The notes beneath the pieces were generated by a model. That model had not been told where the DNA came from, made no database searches, and saw nothing but the letters and a program-made list of their open reading frames with translations. DNA of 64,000 nucleotides from Candidatus Binatia bacterium (GTDB lineage Bacteria > Desulfobacterota > Binatia > Bin18): NCBI GenBank assembly GCA_963664395.2, contig OY761159.2, positions 3,808,001 through 3,872,000 on the forward strand. The letters are read 5' to 3'. The translations under genes and the position numbers were made by a program. Below, piece by piece: positions 1-9,811 of the stretch. Each line of letters opens with the position of its first letter. Positions within the stretch are counted from its first letter, which is position 1.

Positions 1-915
1 CGACCACCAGCCTATGAGAGGCTGGATAATAAGCATGGCGAGGCCCCAGCCTGAAAAGAACAGTCCGATGTGTTGGCGCGACCAACCCAGCCGGGAGAAC
101 TGGAGCGGGAGCAGTATCTCAATGGCCCCAAGTGTGGCGCAGGTCACGAGAATCACGCAGCAGGCGCACACGAGTTCACGCCGGAATCCGTCTCGGAAAA
201 AGGATGGAGCAGCCGCGTCGGGAACAGCCCTTTGGGTGGAGGGCGTAGAAGCTCTCGGGAGGAGGGCAAAGGCGCAGAGGGCCAAGCCCAACGGCACCCC
301 GGCAAAATACAGGAATGGGTCACGCACCTGACCCAGACTGCCGAGGGCCGGCCCGGCGACGACGCCAACGCTGAAGGCCATCATCAGGACACTCATTTCC
401 ACCCCACGCCGCTCTGTGGTGGCAAGCCGAGCCGCGAGGGGGAGGGCAGCCGCCCAGGTTGCGGACGCTGCGATCCCTTGCGTGACGCGGCAGCCGAGGA
501 GCGACCAGAATCCGCTTGCCTGCCAAAATCCGAGTGAGGCGAGTCCCAAGGTCAGCATGCCAACTGCCAGCCATCTCCGTTCGCCCCAGCGGTCAACCAG
601 TAGACCAAAGGGGAGATACAGGAGAAGGGAAATCAACCCGTATGAGGCATACAGGGTCCCCGCGCGGGTTTCTCCCAATCCCAATTCCGCCACAAAGCTC
701 GGCAGCGCCGGGATGATAATGGTATACCCCACGGCATCGGTAAAAATAATGGCAATCGCAAGGCTGAGCAAAAGCCAGCGCGGACACGCAGCCCGAGCGG
801 CGGGAGTGATAATGGCTGCTACGGATGGGGGTGAAGCTGAAAACGATACAGCGGGTTGAGAAGGAGAAGAAAGGGGGGCGCGCGCAGGTGGAGGGGAGGG
901 ATCAGACTGCTTCAT
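1..915 (-). CDS. MFS transporter (3' end runs off the window)
   Basis: Manual translation, absent from the ORF track: ATG at 915, open to base 1. Hydrophobic helices (WLLLSLAIAIIFTDAVGYTIIIPALP) and MFS motif A-like GLLVDRWGERR. Confidence 0.85.
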   Translation of the reverse strand, partial: MKQSDPSPPPARAPLSSPSQPAVSFSASPPSVAAIITPAARAACPRWLLLSLAIAIIFTDAVGYTIIIPALPSFVAELGLGETRAGTLYASYGLISLLLYLPFGLLVDRWGERRWLAVGMLTLGLASLGFWQASGFWSLLGCRVTQGIAASATWAAALPLAARLATTERRGVEMSVLMMAFSVGVVAGPALGSLGQVRDPFLYFAGVPLGLALCAFALLPRASTPSTQRAVPDAAAPSFFRDGFRRELVCACCVILVTCATLGAIEILLPLQFSRLGWSRQHIGLFFSGWGLAMLIIQPLIGWWS

Positions 916-1408
916 CGTTTTTTGCAGTGACAGGCGTGTTGGTATGGGAGGAGAAAAGGTCTGGATGTTGGGCAACAAAGACGCTCGGGTCACCCCGACT
1001 CAGCGCCTGGAGATAGGCTTGATTATGGTCATTCAGCCACTGTTTCTCAGAAATGATGTCAGCGGCGCGCTCGTCCGTGGGCTCGCCCTGTAGGCTCATT
1101 TCTTGTTTGAGCTGTAAGAGACGGTCAACGATAACGAGCGGATTCTGACCGGCGTTCTCTTCTTCTGTCTCCAGCAGCAGCTCGGACGTCCGTTTGTTCA
1201 AATAATCCAGCATCATGGTCCGCTGACGAGGTGTTGCCAGCTTGCCGGCGGCTCGTGCGGCGATTTTGGCATCCTCTTCACCAAGCAACGCGTAGACTTT
1301 TGCGGCATTGAAGAAATAGGAATGGACGCTATGGGTCTGTCCACGCCCTCGGGACCAGACATAGAAGAGGGCCAAGATGGTCAGTGTTGTTACGAGAATG
1401 ACGACCAT
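902..1408 (-). CDS. Hypothetical protein with N-terminal membrane anchor
   Basis: 168-aa ORF with hydrophobic N-terminus and AAGGA upstream; overlaps the MFS start by 14 nt. Confidence 0.65.
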   Translation of the reverse strand: MVVILVTTLTILALFYVWSRGRGQTHSVHSYFFNAAKVYALLGEEDAKIAARAAGKLATPRQRTMMLDYLNKRTSELLLETEEENAGQNPLVIVDRLLQLKQEMSLQGEPTDERAADIISEKQWLNDHNQAYLQALSRGDPSVFVAQHPDLFSSHTNTPVTAKNDEAV

Positions 1409-1497
1409 AATCGCAGGTCCTTAACCGCTTTTCCCACCCAGACTATAGCACCAACGCGAGGACAACGGTATGGCTGTCGAGCCCTTAAGCTGGCCGG

Positions 1498-2115
1498 CTA
1501 GGCTGCCAGCCGCTCGCGCACGCGGACCAGGCGCTCAGCGCCCCAGAACAGCTCTCCGTTGACCACATAGCTGGGGACGCCAAACACGCCTCCTTTTTCG
1601 GCCTCGGTTTGTATGCGCTCCAGATCGTGGCGCCCGTCGCCGCTCAGGTAATCGAGAAATCCTGGGGCATTGACGCCTACTTCTTCCAGCACGGCCTTCA
1701 GCACCTGGGGGTCTTCAATATCGAGTTCGCGTTTCCAAAACCGTTCATACACGACCTGGTGGTATGGTCGAAAATCGCCCTGCTGCTTGGCGTACAACAT
1801 GCCGATGTGGCCCAGTGAAGAGTCGAAAATATGTTGGGGGCCACGAATCGTAAGACCGCGTCGCGTGGCCTCCCGTCGGCAGTCCATATAGCTATACTTC
1901 ACCCGCCGCCACTGATGGGCATTACGCTCCTCGGTGATGACCTTGCCGGTTTCATCGACCTGGGCAGAACCCAGAAATTTGGGAATGTCCAACGTCAGCG
2001 GCAGAAAGTTTACCGTCACATCAAACTCGTTTTCGAGCTGAAAGGTTTCCTCTTGGGCGAGGTAGGCGTACGGGCTCTTATAATCAAAGTAATGGGTGAT
2101 GGTGGTGGTCGCCAT
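1498..2115 (-). CDS. DsbA-family protein / 2-hydroxychromene-2-carboxylate isomerase (kappa-GST-like)
   Basis: YFDYKSPYAYL and GVFGVPSYVVNGELFWGAERL motifs; start at ATG 2115 after a GGAG RBS. Confidence 0.9.
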   Translation of the reverse strand: MATTTITHYFDYKSPYAYLAQEETFQLENEFDVTVNFLPLTLDIPKFLGSAQVDETGKVITEERNAHQWRRVKYSYMDCRREATRRGLTIRGPQHIFDSSLGHIGMLYAKQQGDFRPYHQVVYERFWKRELDIEDPQVLKAVLEEVGVNAPGFLDYLSGDGRHDLERIQTEAEKGGVFGVPSYVVNGELFWGAERLVRVRERLAA

Positions 2116-2188
2116 ACGGGTACTCCTGTCTTCTCGGTCGCGGCTCGAACCTAGCCTATCCACCCGCACCCCTGCAAGGGAGCACCAT

Positions 2189-2317
2189 GTAGGGGCAACC
2201 CCGTGTGGTTGCCCGGTCCGTGTGGTTGCTCGGTCCGTGTGGTTGCTCGGTCCCTGTGGTTGCCCCTGTGGTTGCTCGGTCCCTGTGGTTGCTCGGTCCC
2301 TGTGGTTGCTCGGTCCC
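2189..2317 (+). repeat. GTAG-type REP-like hairpin followed by a tandem 17-bp array
   Basis: GTAGGGGCAACC-CCGTGT-GGTTGCCC (2189-2214); six TGTGGTTGCYCGGTCCS units plus one 12-bp truncated unit (2204-2317). Confidence 0.9.
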
Positions 2318-2372
2318 TGCGCCCTTGCCTCGGCGCTCTCTCCAGTGCAATACACAACACCAGGAGGACAGC

Positions 2373-3605
2373 ATGAGCAAGCGTATATCCACGGCGAAAA
2401 CGGAACCGCGCCGCAGGCGCTCCCCCCGGGTTGGCTCGCGCCAGGAACTCGTCCGCCGCGCCCAGGCGCTGGCGCCGATTCTTCGTCAACGCGCGCCGTA
2501 CACCGATGACATCCGCCGCTTACCCGATGAAACCCGCCAGGAGCTGCGGGCGTCCGGTCTCGCCCGGATTCTCCAGCCGGCGCGCTATGGTGGGTGTGAG
2601 GCCCACTTGTCCGGCATGGTCGATATTCTGACGACGATCGGCAGCGGCTGCGGTTCAACTGCCTGGTGTCTGGCTCAATACATCGGTCATAACTTCATGG
2701 TTGCGCAGTGGCCGGAACGCGCCCAAGAAGAAGTCTGGGGAACGAACCCGCAAAATCTGTTGAGCGGTGTTCTCATTCCCCTGTTGGGCCGGGCCAGAAA
2801 GGTCCGGGGCGGGTATGAGCTGTCCGGGCAGTTTCCCTTTGTGAGTGGTGTCATGACCTGTGACTGGTGCTTGTTTGCCGGCATGGTGGAAAACGGACCG
2901 GCCGGCAAGCCCGAAGAGCGCTATTTCATCCTGCCCCAGGGAGCATTCGAGATTCTCGATACCTGGGATGCAATCGGACTGCGTGGCTCAGCCAGCCACG
3001 ATGTCAAAGCCGAGCGTGTTTTTATCCCGACGTATATGACGCTGCCGCTTCGGCACCTGAAAGGTGGTGAGACAAGTCCGGGGCGCAAGGTTAATCATGC
3101 GCCGTTGTACCGTTCGCCCAGCTATATGACGTTCGGCATTCTCATCTCCAGCGCGTCGGTTGGTATCGCGGCTGGCATTGTTCGTGACTATGTTGAGCAA
3201 GTCAAAAGCCGGGTTGCACTCATGTCCGGCCGGGGCCTGCATGAGCAGGTGCTACAACACACGAAGATTTCAGAAGCCACGCTCGCGGTCGAAGCCGCCA
3301 CAGCGCTGCTGCATAGCAACTGCGACGAGATTATGCAGGTGCTCGAAGCGGGTGACCTGCCGTCGCCTGAGCAGCGGACAAAATATCGTGCTGCGGGGGC
3401 ATACGCCGGCAAGTTGGCGTTTCAAGCTGCGAATCTGGTATGGGATGCTGGCGGTGGACGCGGCGTGTATATGAATAATCCAATTGCGCGCGCCTATCGC
3501 GATATGTGTACCGCAACCCGTCATTTTACCCATAGTTGGGATGTAAACGGCGCGACGCACGGACGGGTCAGGGTCGGGCTGCCAATGGACAACCCGGCGT
3601 TGTGA
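2373..3605 (+). CDS. Flavin-dependent monooxygenase, acyl-CoA dehydrogenase fold (HsaA/HpaH-C2-like oxygenase component)
   Basis: GGAGGA RBS; GCGSTAW, DTWDAIGLRGSASHDV and ARAYRDM motifs typical of group D flavin monooxygenases. Confidence 0.88.
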   Translation: MSKRISTAKTEPRRRRSPRVGSRQELVRRAQALAPILRQRAPYTDDIRRLPDETRQELRASGLARILQPARYGGCEAHLSGMVDILTTIGSGCGSTAWCLAQYIGHNFMVAQWPERAQEEVWGTNPQNLLSGVLIPLLGRARKVRGGYELSGQFPFVSGVMTCDWCLFAGMVENGPAGKPEERYFILPQGAFEILDTWDAIGLRGSASHDVKAERVFIPTYMTLPLRHLKGGETSPGRKVNHAPLYRSPSYMTFGILISSASVGIAAGIVRDYVEQVKSRVALMSGRGLHEQVLQHTKISEATLAVEAATALLHSNCDEIMQVLEAGDLPSPEQRTKYRAAGAYAGKLAFQAANLVWDAGGGRGVYMNNPIARAYRDMCTATRHFTHSWDVNGATHGRVRVGLPMDNPAL

Positions 3606-3620
3606 GTACCAACGAACCGA

Positions 3621-4265
3621 TTAGGGTCCGTCCCGTCTTCCGTGTCGCCACAGGAGAAGCACAGTTCCCAAGACAAGCAGGTCCAGACAAAGATGCACGG
3701 CAGCCAGCAACTCCCGGGGGAGCGGCTGTGTTGTGGCCGCCAGGGGGACAAGGAGAGCCGGCGCAGAAGATTGGTCTGCCGCATGCTGTACCATCGTTGT
3801 CAGGAGCCGCCGCTGCTGCTGAACCGTATCCAGCGCGGTCCAGTGCCCATAGGCAAATGCACTGAAGGCCAGCGCCCAGAGTGACAAGAGGGCCGTGACT
3901 GTGCGGGGGCGAGACGTGAGCTGGACGAGTACGGTAGAAAAAATGATCAGCCCCAATCCAACACCAGCAAAGACGAACCAGAGTTGCCGGGCGGCTGCGG
4001 ACTGCTGAAACACCAGTCCGAGGATGTTGTGGGCCGTAATGATAGTAGTTGGGTCGAAGCCAACTTGGGGCGGCTCGATATGCGGGTCTATGCCAAGATC
4101 GGTCGTGGAATGGCCGCCCTCGTCTACGAGGCGAAAGCTCTCCTGGCCGAGTGTTGGCGGCCCGTCCGATTCGGTGGCAGCGCCGGGACTGCTACACAGT
4201 GCCGCGCCAATAACAAGCGTAAAAAACAGGGTGCGCAATTGACTGCCGTCCGGTCTGTGAGCCAT
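3621..4265 (-). CDS. Hypothetical membrane protein
   Basis: Signal-like N-terminus plus about 3 hydrophobic segments; start placed at ATG 4265 (uncertain). Confidence 0.6.
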   Translation of the reverse strand: MAHRPDGSQLRTLFFTLVIGAALCSSPGAATESDGPPTLGQESFRLVDEGGHSTTDLGIDPHIEPPQVGFDPTTIITAHNILGLVFQQSAAARQLWFVFAGVGLGLIIFSTVLVQLTSRPRTVTALLSLWALAFSAFAYGHWTALDTVQQQRRLLTTMVQHAADQSSAPALLVPLAATTQPLPRELLAAVHLCLDLLVLGTVLLLWRHGRRDGP

Positions 4266-4522
4266 GTGTCTGAAGTCGCTGTGGTATTTGCTCTTCTTTT
4301 TGCCAGGAACGACAGCGACGTGCCAGTGGGGGTGGGTGCTTCCGAACGTCTCGCGCGGGTTGCCACTGGTTAGATGAATGCTTGTCTGCGTATGGCTCGA
4401 AGACCTGGCCACCGATTGTGCAGAAGACGGAAGTATGCTTCTCTGTACGCTTGTACGCCGCTCAAGATTGTCGGCGCTGCCGGCTCGCCGATTAACCCGA
4501 TTGTGGTGAAATAGGAAAAACA

Positions 4523-5461
4523 ATGCCTCTCTTTAGGTTGCGGGTAGAAGGTGACGATATGTCCAATGCTGAACTCGTCATCGCGCAAGAAACAAATCTC
4601 AAACTTGAGCGCTATTTGGAGAGTTGGCTTGAAAATAGTCCTGGAGCACTGACCCAAGACGAGCTTATTCTTTGGATTGGTCGGCAAACGAGTGCCACAA
4701 CGGAGGAAGGTACTATCTTTCCTGATTTGCTTGGGGTGGATTCCGAAGGAAACCTTGTCATTGTCGAACTGAAGAGAGACCGAGCGCCACGCGACGTGGT
4801 AGCACAACTGCTGGAATACGCGGCATGGGCAAATGAACTTTCAGAGGATCAAGTTCATGAGATGGCGGAGGGGTACTTCCAGACTCGCGACGAGTTCCAA
4901 GGAAGGAGTTTCCATGATGTCTTCAATGATATCTTTGACCCCGACGAAGTCCCTGCGCTGAATCGGAGTTTGCGCTTATTTATTGTCGCGGAAGAAATAT
5001 CCCCGAGAGTATCGAGTGTTTGTCGATTCCTCCGAACTGCACATGGAATGGATATCAGTTGCATAGCTGTTTCAACGTTCCAGACGGAATCCGGAGAAGT
5101 GCTGGTCAATACGGAAGCAAAGGTTGGAGATGGAAACATTGGTGCTCCCAAAGCTCAGAGGCGGCTTGCCTCGCACATCTCGCAGTGGTCGGGTGACAAA
5201 TCGGTAAGAGAGGTGGTGTTGGAAGCAGTGCAGGAATTAACGGGAGGAGATACAAACGTTGAATTTACACCAAAAGAGGTCCGTGCACTCGTCTTGAAGA
5301 AGTATCCCAACTTCAATGAGGGTACAGTAGGAGCTCAGCTTTATATGGGAACTCAACTCTATAAGGGGACTTATCCTTATAAATATTATTGGCGGGTAGA
5401 AAAGGGGAAATACCGTCTGCACGATCTCAAAAGAGACAAGGTGCATAGGGGTGATGGGTAG
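4523..5461 (+). CDS. NucS/DUF91-like PD-(D/E)XK endonuclease with possible C-terminal winged-helix domain
   Basis: E..LE.YL, IGRQ, PDLLGVDSEGNLVIVELKR and VVAQLLEYA nuclease motifs. Confidence 0.8.
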   Translation: MPLFRLRVEGDDMSNAELVIAQETNLKLERYLESWLENSPGALTQDELILWIGRQTSATTEEGTIFPDLLGVDSEGNLVIVELKRDRAPRDVVAQLLEYAAWANELSEDQVHEMAEGYFQTRDEFQGRSFHDVFNDIFDPDEVPALNRSLRLFIVAEEISPRVSSVCRFLRTAHGMDISCIAVSTFQTESGEVLVNTEAKVGDGNIGAPKAQRRLASHISQWSGDKSVREVVLEAVQELTGGDTNVEFTPKEVRALVLKKYPNFNEGTVGAQLYMGTQLYKGTYPYKYYWRVEKGKYRLHDLKRDKVHRGDG

Positions 5462-5615
5462 GCTGACCAAAGATAGGAGCGCGCTAAGGGAGAGCGAAGG
5501 CGAGTGGCCTGAAGGGGAACTATTGCCAACGATATTGCAGGAATCTAGGTACATTGATCTACCTGGAATCTTGCAAATTAAAGAGAGGTGGACCCGAAGC
5601 CCATCCCTTGTATGA
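5454..5615 (+). CDS. Possible 53-aa ORF coupled to the nuclease gene
   Basis: ATG overlaps the nuclease stop by 8 nt; MGRLTKDRS...RSPSLV. It contains the hairpin below, so it may be spurious. Confidence 0.25.
   Translation: MGRLTKDRSALRESEGEWPEGELLPTILQESRYIDLPGILQIKERWTRSPSLV
5535..5576. terminator. Imperfect inverted repeat between convergent genes
   Basis: TTGCAGGA-A-TCTAGGTA / TACCTGGA-A-TCTTGCAA arms (two G-U pairs, one mismatch) with an 8-nt loop. Confidence 0.45.
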
Positions 5616-5650
5616 ATCCCGACTCTCCCTGTCCAAAAAGACCGACGAAA

Positions 5651-6553
5651 CTAGAGCCCTTGCAGAATTTTTGCGCGTTTGTCCTGGTACTCCGCGTCGG
5701 TCAGATAGCCTCTGTCATGCAAACGTTCAATCTCATCCAAACGTTCTTCGGTCGTGACGTACTGCACCGCAAGTCCTGACGCAGACGCGCTCCCATCCGT
5801 GCGGGTCTTGTAGCGGGCTTTAATAATTGCATCGACCTGACTGCCGTATTTTCGTAACGCATTGGCGCTGAGTGTGTTGAACAGGCGTGTCTGGCTGGTG
5901 TTTTCCTTGTCCTCGTCTCTGATGAGAGAGAGCGGCGCGTCCCAGATTTTTTGGGAGAGCGTTTTTTCATTACGCTGAACCCTGGTGCGGACTTTCCCCA
6001 GTTTCCGGTACGGCCGCGTTGGTGTCCCGGCCGTGACCACGACATCGACTGGAGACTTTTTGCCGGAATAGTCCCGTTCCTGCGTTGACGTTTGTGTCTG
6101 CACCACTTGCTTGGGCGGCTCATAATGCGTGGTCACATTGGCTTTGAGTGGAGCCAGCAACGGTTCGGGGAGCGAAGCAACACCGGAGCCAACCCGCACG
6201 ATACTGCCACTGTCGGAATTACTTTCAATAAAGACGTTCTGTTCGGACTTGCCGAGCGGTTTGTCCGGGTCGCGGACGGTCACCACCCAGCGGTCGTCGT
6301 TTTCAATTGCCTTTTGCTTGGGTACCCAGCCCTCAGCCTTGGCCGTTTTAATTAACAGCGCGGCCAGTTGTTGAGGCGGCGGCGAAAAATGCGCGGTTTG
6401 AGAGTCCGCATCGATTTTGCCCTCTTCTGTGAGCGGTGTGGTCGAAGCGGATTTGCCGGGGCTTGAGAGTTTTGGAATAAGGCTCTTACTGCACGCCGGC
6501 AGACTCAGTAAGAGCAGCGAGAGACACCCATAAAGCACAGCCCTGCGAATCAT
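5651..6553 (-). CDS. Lipoprotein with C-terminal SHOCT domain
   Basis: Lipobox LPAC after a hydrophobic stretch; C-terminal RLDEIERLHDRGYLTDAEYQDKRAKIL is SHOCT-like. Confidence 0.8.
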   Translation of the reverse strand: MIRRAVLYGCLSLLLLSLPACSKSLIPKLSSPGKSASTTPLTEEGKIDADSQTAHFSPPPQQLAALLIKTAKAEGWVPKQKAIENDDRWVVTVRDPDKPLGKSEQNVFIESNSDSGSIVRVGSGVASLPEPLLAPLKANVTTHYEPPKQVVQTQTSTQERDYSGKKSPVDVVVTAGTPTRPYRKLGKVRTRVQRNEKTLSQKIWDAPLSLIRDEDKENTSQTRLFNTLSANALRKYGSQVDAIIKARYKTRTDGSASASGLAVQYVTTEERLDEIERLHDRGYLTDAEYQDKRAKILQGL

Positions 6554-6772
6554 CTCTTCTCGTTTTTGTCCTGTAATCGATCTTCGCCCCATATTTCCCT
6601 TCATCCTTCTCGTAGTCTGGTGTGGAAATGTAGACTCGATTGTAAGCCAAGTCGAGTATGGGGACAACTCGGTCTGTCCGTGGAGTGGCCGGCGGGCACG
6701 CCATAGCCGCGCTCATGACCACAATGTTATAACGTGCGGTACGAATACTGTGAGCCTGGAAGGAGACTCTTC

Positions 6773-7812
6773 GTGAGCCAGAATATCAATCGACAATGGC
6801 GCTTGGCCTGCCGTCCGTACGGCATGGTCAAGGAATCGGACTTTGCGTATCACGAAGCCGATATCCCACAGCTTGAAGACGGTCAGTTTCTCGTCCGCAA
6901 TTTGTATCTGGCCTTTGAACCGGCCATGCGCGGCTGGATTGAAGACCGCAAGAGTTATATTCCGCCGGTGCGGATTGGTGAGGTCATGCGGGCGCTGAGC
7001 GTGGGGCAAGTTGTTGAGTCGTGCCATCCGAATTTTCGGCCGGGCGAGTGCGTGCAGGGTGGCTTTGGCTGGCAGGACTATGCCGCGGCAAGCGAACAGG
7101 GCGGCCTGATGCCGCCGACAAAAATTCCGGCTGATGCCTCATTAACCTGGCCGTTGGGTGTTCTTGGGGTGACGGGTCTTACGGCGTATTTCGGCATTCT
7201 GGACATCGGGCAGCCCAAAGCTGGTGAGACTTGTGTCGTATCAGGCGCGGCTGGGGCAACCGGCTCAGTTGCCGGACAGATTGCCAAGCTCAAAGGCTGC
7301 CGGGTCATCGGGATTGCCGGCGGACCGGAAAAATGTCGCTGGTTGACCGAAGAGGCCCACTACGATGCGAGCATCGATTACAAGGCTGAAGACGTGGAAG
7401 CCCGGCTCGGCGCGCTGTGCCCGGACGGCATCAATCTGTATTTTGATAATGTTGGTGGGGACATCCTTGATGCTGCGCTAGCTCACATTGCTCTGAACGC
7501 GCGGGTGGTGCTGTGTGGCGGAATTTCGCGCTACAACGAAGCAACGTACCGCCGCCCGGACCGAAAAACTATATGAATCTGGTGATCCAACGGGCGCGGA
7601 TGGAGGGTTTTATTGTCATCGATTACGCCGCCCGGTTTGGTCAGGCGGCCCAAGAGCTGACGGAATGGATTACCAGTGGCCGGTTGACCTTTCAGGAGGA
7701 CATTCAAGAGGGATTTGAAAACGCACCGCGCACGTTTCTGCGGCTGTTTGAAGGCAAGAATCGGGGCAAGCAATTGTTAAAAATCGCCGAGCCGTCATTA
7801 GACCGATTGTAA
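6773..7812 (+). pseudogene. NADP-dependent oxidoreductase (MDR, PTGR/CurA-like), one frameshift near 7547
   Basis: GTG start after AGGAG; VSGAAGATGSVAGQIAK and YFDNVGG motifs. The C-terminus (PPGPKNYMNL...GKNRGKQL) is in another frame. Confidence 0.85.
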
Positions 7813-7829
7813 TTTCCAGAGGAAGCGTC

Positions 7830-8783
7830 TCAGTCAGCAAACACCCGCTCCGGCCCTATCGGTACAATACCACTCGGGTTCACCTTCCGAATGGTGTAAT
7901 AGGTCCGTTTGATGTGCTCGAAATTCACCGTCTCGGCCACACCCGGCACGTCATACAGCCGTTTGAGATAGGCAGACAGGTTGGGATAGTCAATCAGGCG
8001 ACGGATATTGCACTTGAAGAGGCCGTAATAGGCGACGTCAAAACGAATCAGGGTCACAAACGCCCGCCAATCAGCCTCGGTGATACACTCGCCAAGGAGA
8101 TATGCCTGTCCCTCCAGCCGTTGCTCTAATTCGTCTAAACATTCGAACACATCGGCCACGGCCGCCTCATACGCCTCTTGGGTCACGGCAAAGCCAGTGC
8201 GGTATACGCCGTTGTTGAGGCCTTCGTAAATCCGTTCATTCAGGGCGTCGATCTCAGGCCGTAAGCCTTCAGGATAAAAATCGACTGCGGCATCTCCATA
8301 GGCGTTAAAAGCCGTATTCAGCATGCGGATGATGTCAGCCGATTCATTATTGACCATCGTGCTGCGCTGCTTATCCCATAGAACCGGAACGGTCGGTCGG
8401 CCGGTAAAATGGGGATCGGCGCGGGTGTAGAGTTCGTGGACGTAGCGGATATTGAACAGCGGGTCGGGAATGGAGCCTGGGTATGGACCAAAGCTATAGC
8501 CCTGGTCGGTGAATTCGGGGATGGCGATCGAAACCGAGATCGCATCCTCTAATTTTTTAAGCGTACGGTAGAGCAAGGCCCGACAGGCCCACGGGCAATT
8601 GTAGGCAATATACAAGTGATAGCGGCCCGACTCGGCCTGAAAGCCGCCGTCTCCAGTCGGGCCAGGGGAGCCGTCTGGGGTGATCCAATGCCGAAACGTA
8701 GATTCCTGCCGGATAAAGCGGCCCTGGGCGTCCGTACGCTTTTTCATCTGCCAGTCGTCTTCCCATTTCCCGTCTACGAGCAT
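7830..8783 (-). CDS. yqjG: Glutathionyl-hydroquinone reductase (Xi/omega-like GST)
   Basis: RYHLYIAYNCPWA, TVPVLWDK, NNESADII, NNGVYRTGFA and RFDVAY motifs. Confidence 0.92.
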   Translation of the reverse strand: MLVDGKWEDDWQMKKRTDAQGRFIRQESTFRHWITPDGSPGPTGDGGFQAESGRYHLYIAYNCPWACRALLYRTLKKLEDAISVSIAIPEFTDQGYSFGPYPGSIPDPLFNIRYVHELYTRADPHFTGRPTVPVLWDKQRSTMVNNESADIIRMLNTAFNAYGDAAVDFYPEGLRPEIDALNERIYEGLNNGVYRTGFAVTQEAYEAAVADVFECLDELEQRLEGQAYLLGECITEADWRAFVTLIRFDVAYYGLFKCNIRRLIDYPNLSAYLKRLYDVPGVAETVNFEHIKRTYYTIRKVNPSGIVPIGPERVFAD

Positions 8784-8854
8784 GGAGCCCTCCTTATGGC
8801 GTTCGTTCTGCCGGTCGGATGAGCGTGGCGTCATCCGACACCAAACGGCTAGAG

Positions 8855-9664
8855 CTATGTAGCGCTCTCTCTTGGCACCACCTCGACCGACTCCCCAACA
8901 GCAATGCTTCCTTCAGTCCGATGGATAATGTTCTGCCCAAAATAGACTTTTGTGCCGGCTCGACGATACGTCGCCAGGGTGCGCAGCGGCTCGACGCCAC
9001 GTTTGCCCGTAGCCTGGTCAGTAGTCGTGACTGCACAACGCTCGCACGGTTTTGCGACATCAAAGGTGATGGTGTTGATCTTCAACTGTTGCCAGCCGTC
9101 TTCGGCAAAGCGCTCGCAGCCGGTGACCACCAGATTGGGACGGAAACGGTTCATGGGCAGGGGGGTGTCGAGTCGCGCGTTGAGGTCGTCTAAGGAAGCC
9201 TCAGAAAGCAGCAGCAGGGGATAGCCGTCGGAGAAGCCGGTGAGCGCCGGCGTTTTTGCATAGCGCGGGTCAACCCGGCGCTTGGAAGTATCGGCCATTT
9301 TGACCAACCGGACGGATTCCCCCAGCCAGTCGGACAAGAACTGGGCGGCTGCGTCGCCTTGATCGACCGCCTCACACCAATCACGCCAGACCCGTACACG
9401 GCGCGTTGGCCCGACGACGCCCGTTGTTGGTATCGAGACGGTGTGTCCCTCAGGGGTTGTGAGGCGCAGCGTGTCGGCATCAAGCTGGGGTGTGAGAAGC
9501 GCCAGGCGGGGCTGCTCGCGTTGGGTCACGAACTCGTCGTGCCCATCCACGATCATCCAGCCGCGGTCATGCCGGAGTCCGCGCGCGTCGAGTATGGCCT
9601 GCTCACAGCGGATGCCGGCGCACGATTTCACGGGATAGATATAGAGCGCGGCAACTTCAACCAT
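8855..9664 (-). CDS. MOSC domain protein (YcbX/mARC-like)
   Basis: IYPVKSC, DRGWM, FSDGYP, RFRPNLVV and KPCERC motifs. Confidence 0.92.
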   Translation of the reverse strand: MVEVAALYIYPVKSCAGIRCEQAILDARGLRHDRGWMIVDGHDEFVTQREQPRLALLTPQLDADTLRLTTPEGHTVSIPTTGVVGPTRRVRVWRDWCEAVDQGDAAAQFLSDWLGESVRLVKMADTSKRRVDPRYAKTPALTGFSDGYPLLLLSEASLDDLNARLDTPLPMNRFRPNLVVTGCERFAEDGWQQLKINTITFDVAKPCERCAVTTTDQATGKRGVEPLRTLATYRRAGTKVYFGQNIIHRTEGSIAVGESVEVVPRESAT

Positions 9665-9811
9665 GCTGCTTCTTTTAGCGTGTTCGTGCCTGCAATAATA
9701 TCCGGGTAAGGGTTATGGTTGCATAAGTCCGAGTTGACGGGCAGGATGCCGGAACCGTCCTGAAGCTCGTTGACGCAAGTTCGAGGTGGAAATGGCTGCG
9801 AGAGGAGTACC

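Noticed and set aside
2204-2317. CRISPR array
   Set aside because: Units are directly adjacent with no unique spacers, and there are no cas genes.
2116-2658. N-terminal extensions of ORFs 1498..2658 and 2205..3605
   Set aside because: They read through the stop-free tandem repeat; family-like sequence and RBSs support starts at 2115 and 2373.
5454-5615. TIR-domain remnant (LPTILQESRYIDL)
   Set aside because: The similarity is too short and overlaps a DNA hairpin, so it may be coincidental.
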